Of a stretch of DNA of 64,000 nucleotides, positions 63,615 to 64,000 are shown one piece after another; position 1 is the stretch's first letter; each line of letters opens with the position of its first letter. This stretch comes from Macrostomum hystrix (Eukaryota > Animalia > Platyhelminthes). Below the pieces are notes generated by a model that saw nothing but the letters and a program-made list of their open reading frames with translations, was not told the origin of the DNA and ran no database searches. The stretch covers positions 186,001-250,000 of the forward strand of contig CATNEN010000012.1 of the NCBI GenBank assembly GCA_950097015.1, given 5' to 3'. A program made the position numbers and the translations under genes.

Positions 63615-64000
63615 AGATTGGGAAGACAGAGATAGGGAATGAAGAGATGGGGAAGAGAGAGATGGGGAAGAGAGAGATAGGGAAGAGAGAGATGGGGAAG
63701 AGAGAGATGGGGAAGAGAGAGATGGGGAAGAGAGAGATGGGGAAGAGAGAGATAAAGAAGGGAAAGATGGGGAAGATACAGATAGGGAAGAGAGAGATAG
63801 GGAAGAGAGAGATGAAGAAGGGAGAGATGGGGAAGAGACAGATGGGGAAGAGAGAGATGGGGAAGAGACAGATGGGGAAGAGAGAGATGGGGCAGAGAGA
63901 GATAGGGAAGGTAGAGATGGGGAAGAGAGAGATGGGCAAGAGGAGATATGAAGAAGGGAGAGATGGGGAAGATACAGATAGGGAAGAGAGAGATAGGGGA
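63615..64000. repeat. 15-bp GA-rich repeat running off the window end
   Basis: gagagatggggaaga units. Confidence 0.9.

Overview
Animal (eukaryotic) genomic DNA with spliced genes in a background very rich in minisatellites and transposons. The style resembles a Macrostomum-like flatworm, but that is inference only. Genes assembled by hand from GT/GC-AG boundaries with consistent phases: intronless histone H3.3 (5442-5852,+); CNOT9/RCD1 (3 exons, 8844-10794,-); p90 ribosomal S6 kinase RSK (9 exons, 16775-28818,+); an NAD-dependent glycerol-3-phosphate dehydrogenase (GPD1)-family gene (5 exons, 35785-38418,+); and a lachesin/IgLON-like three-Ig-domain gene (6 exons seen, 48097-62166,+, 3' end not found). 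Mobile DNA: a dead hAT transposase, two deleted mariner elements, two adjacent same-orientation Helitrons carrying a hAT MITE, a second MITE, and three tRNA-headed SINEs with a MIR/CORE-like core. All very long low-complexity ORFs are tandem-repeat artefacts. Best leads: (1) the GPD1-family gene has an intact frame but has changed the phosphate-binding Arg269 and its neighbours (R269G, T264N, N205D), suggesting a pseudoenzyme or altered substrate; (2) the Helitron pair with a hitch-hiking MITE and a microhomology deletion; (3) a 57-bp satellite expanded inside a mariner terminal inverted repeat. I found no evidence for a wholly new multi-gene system.
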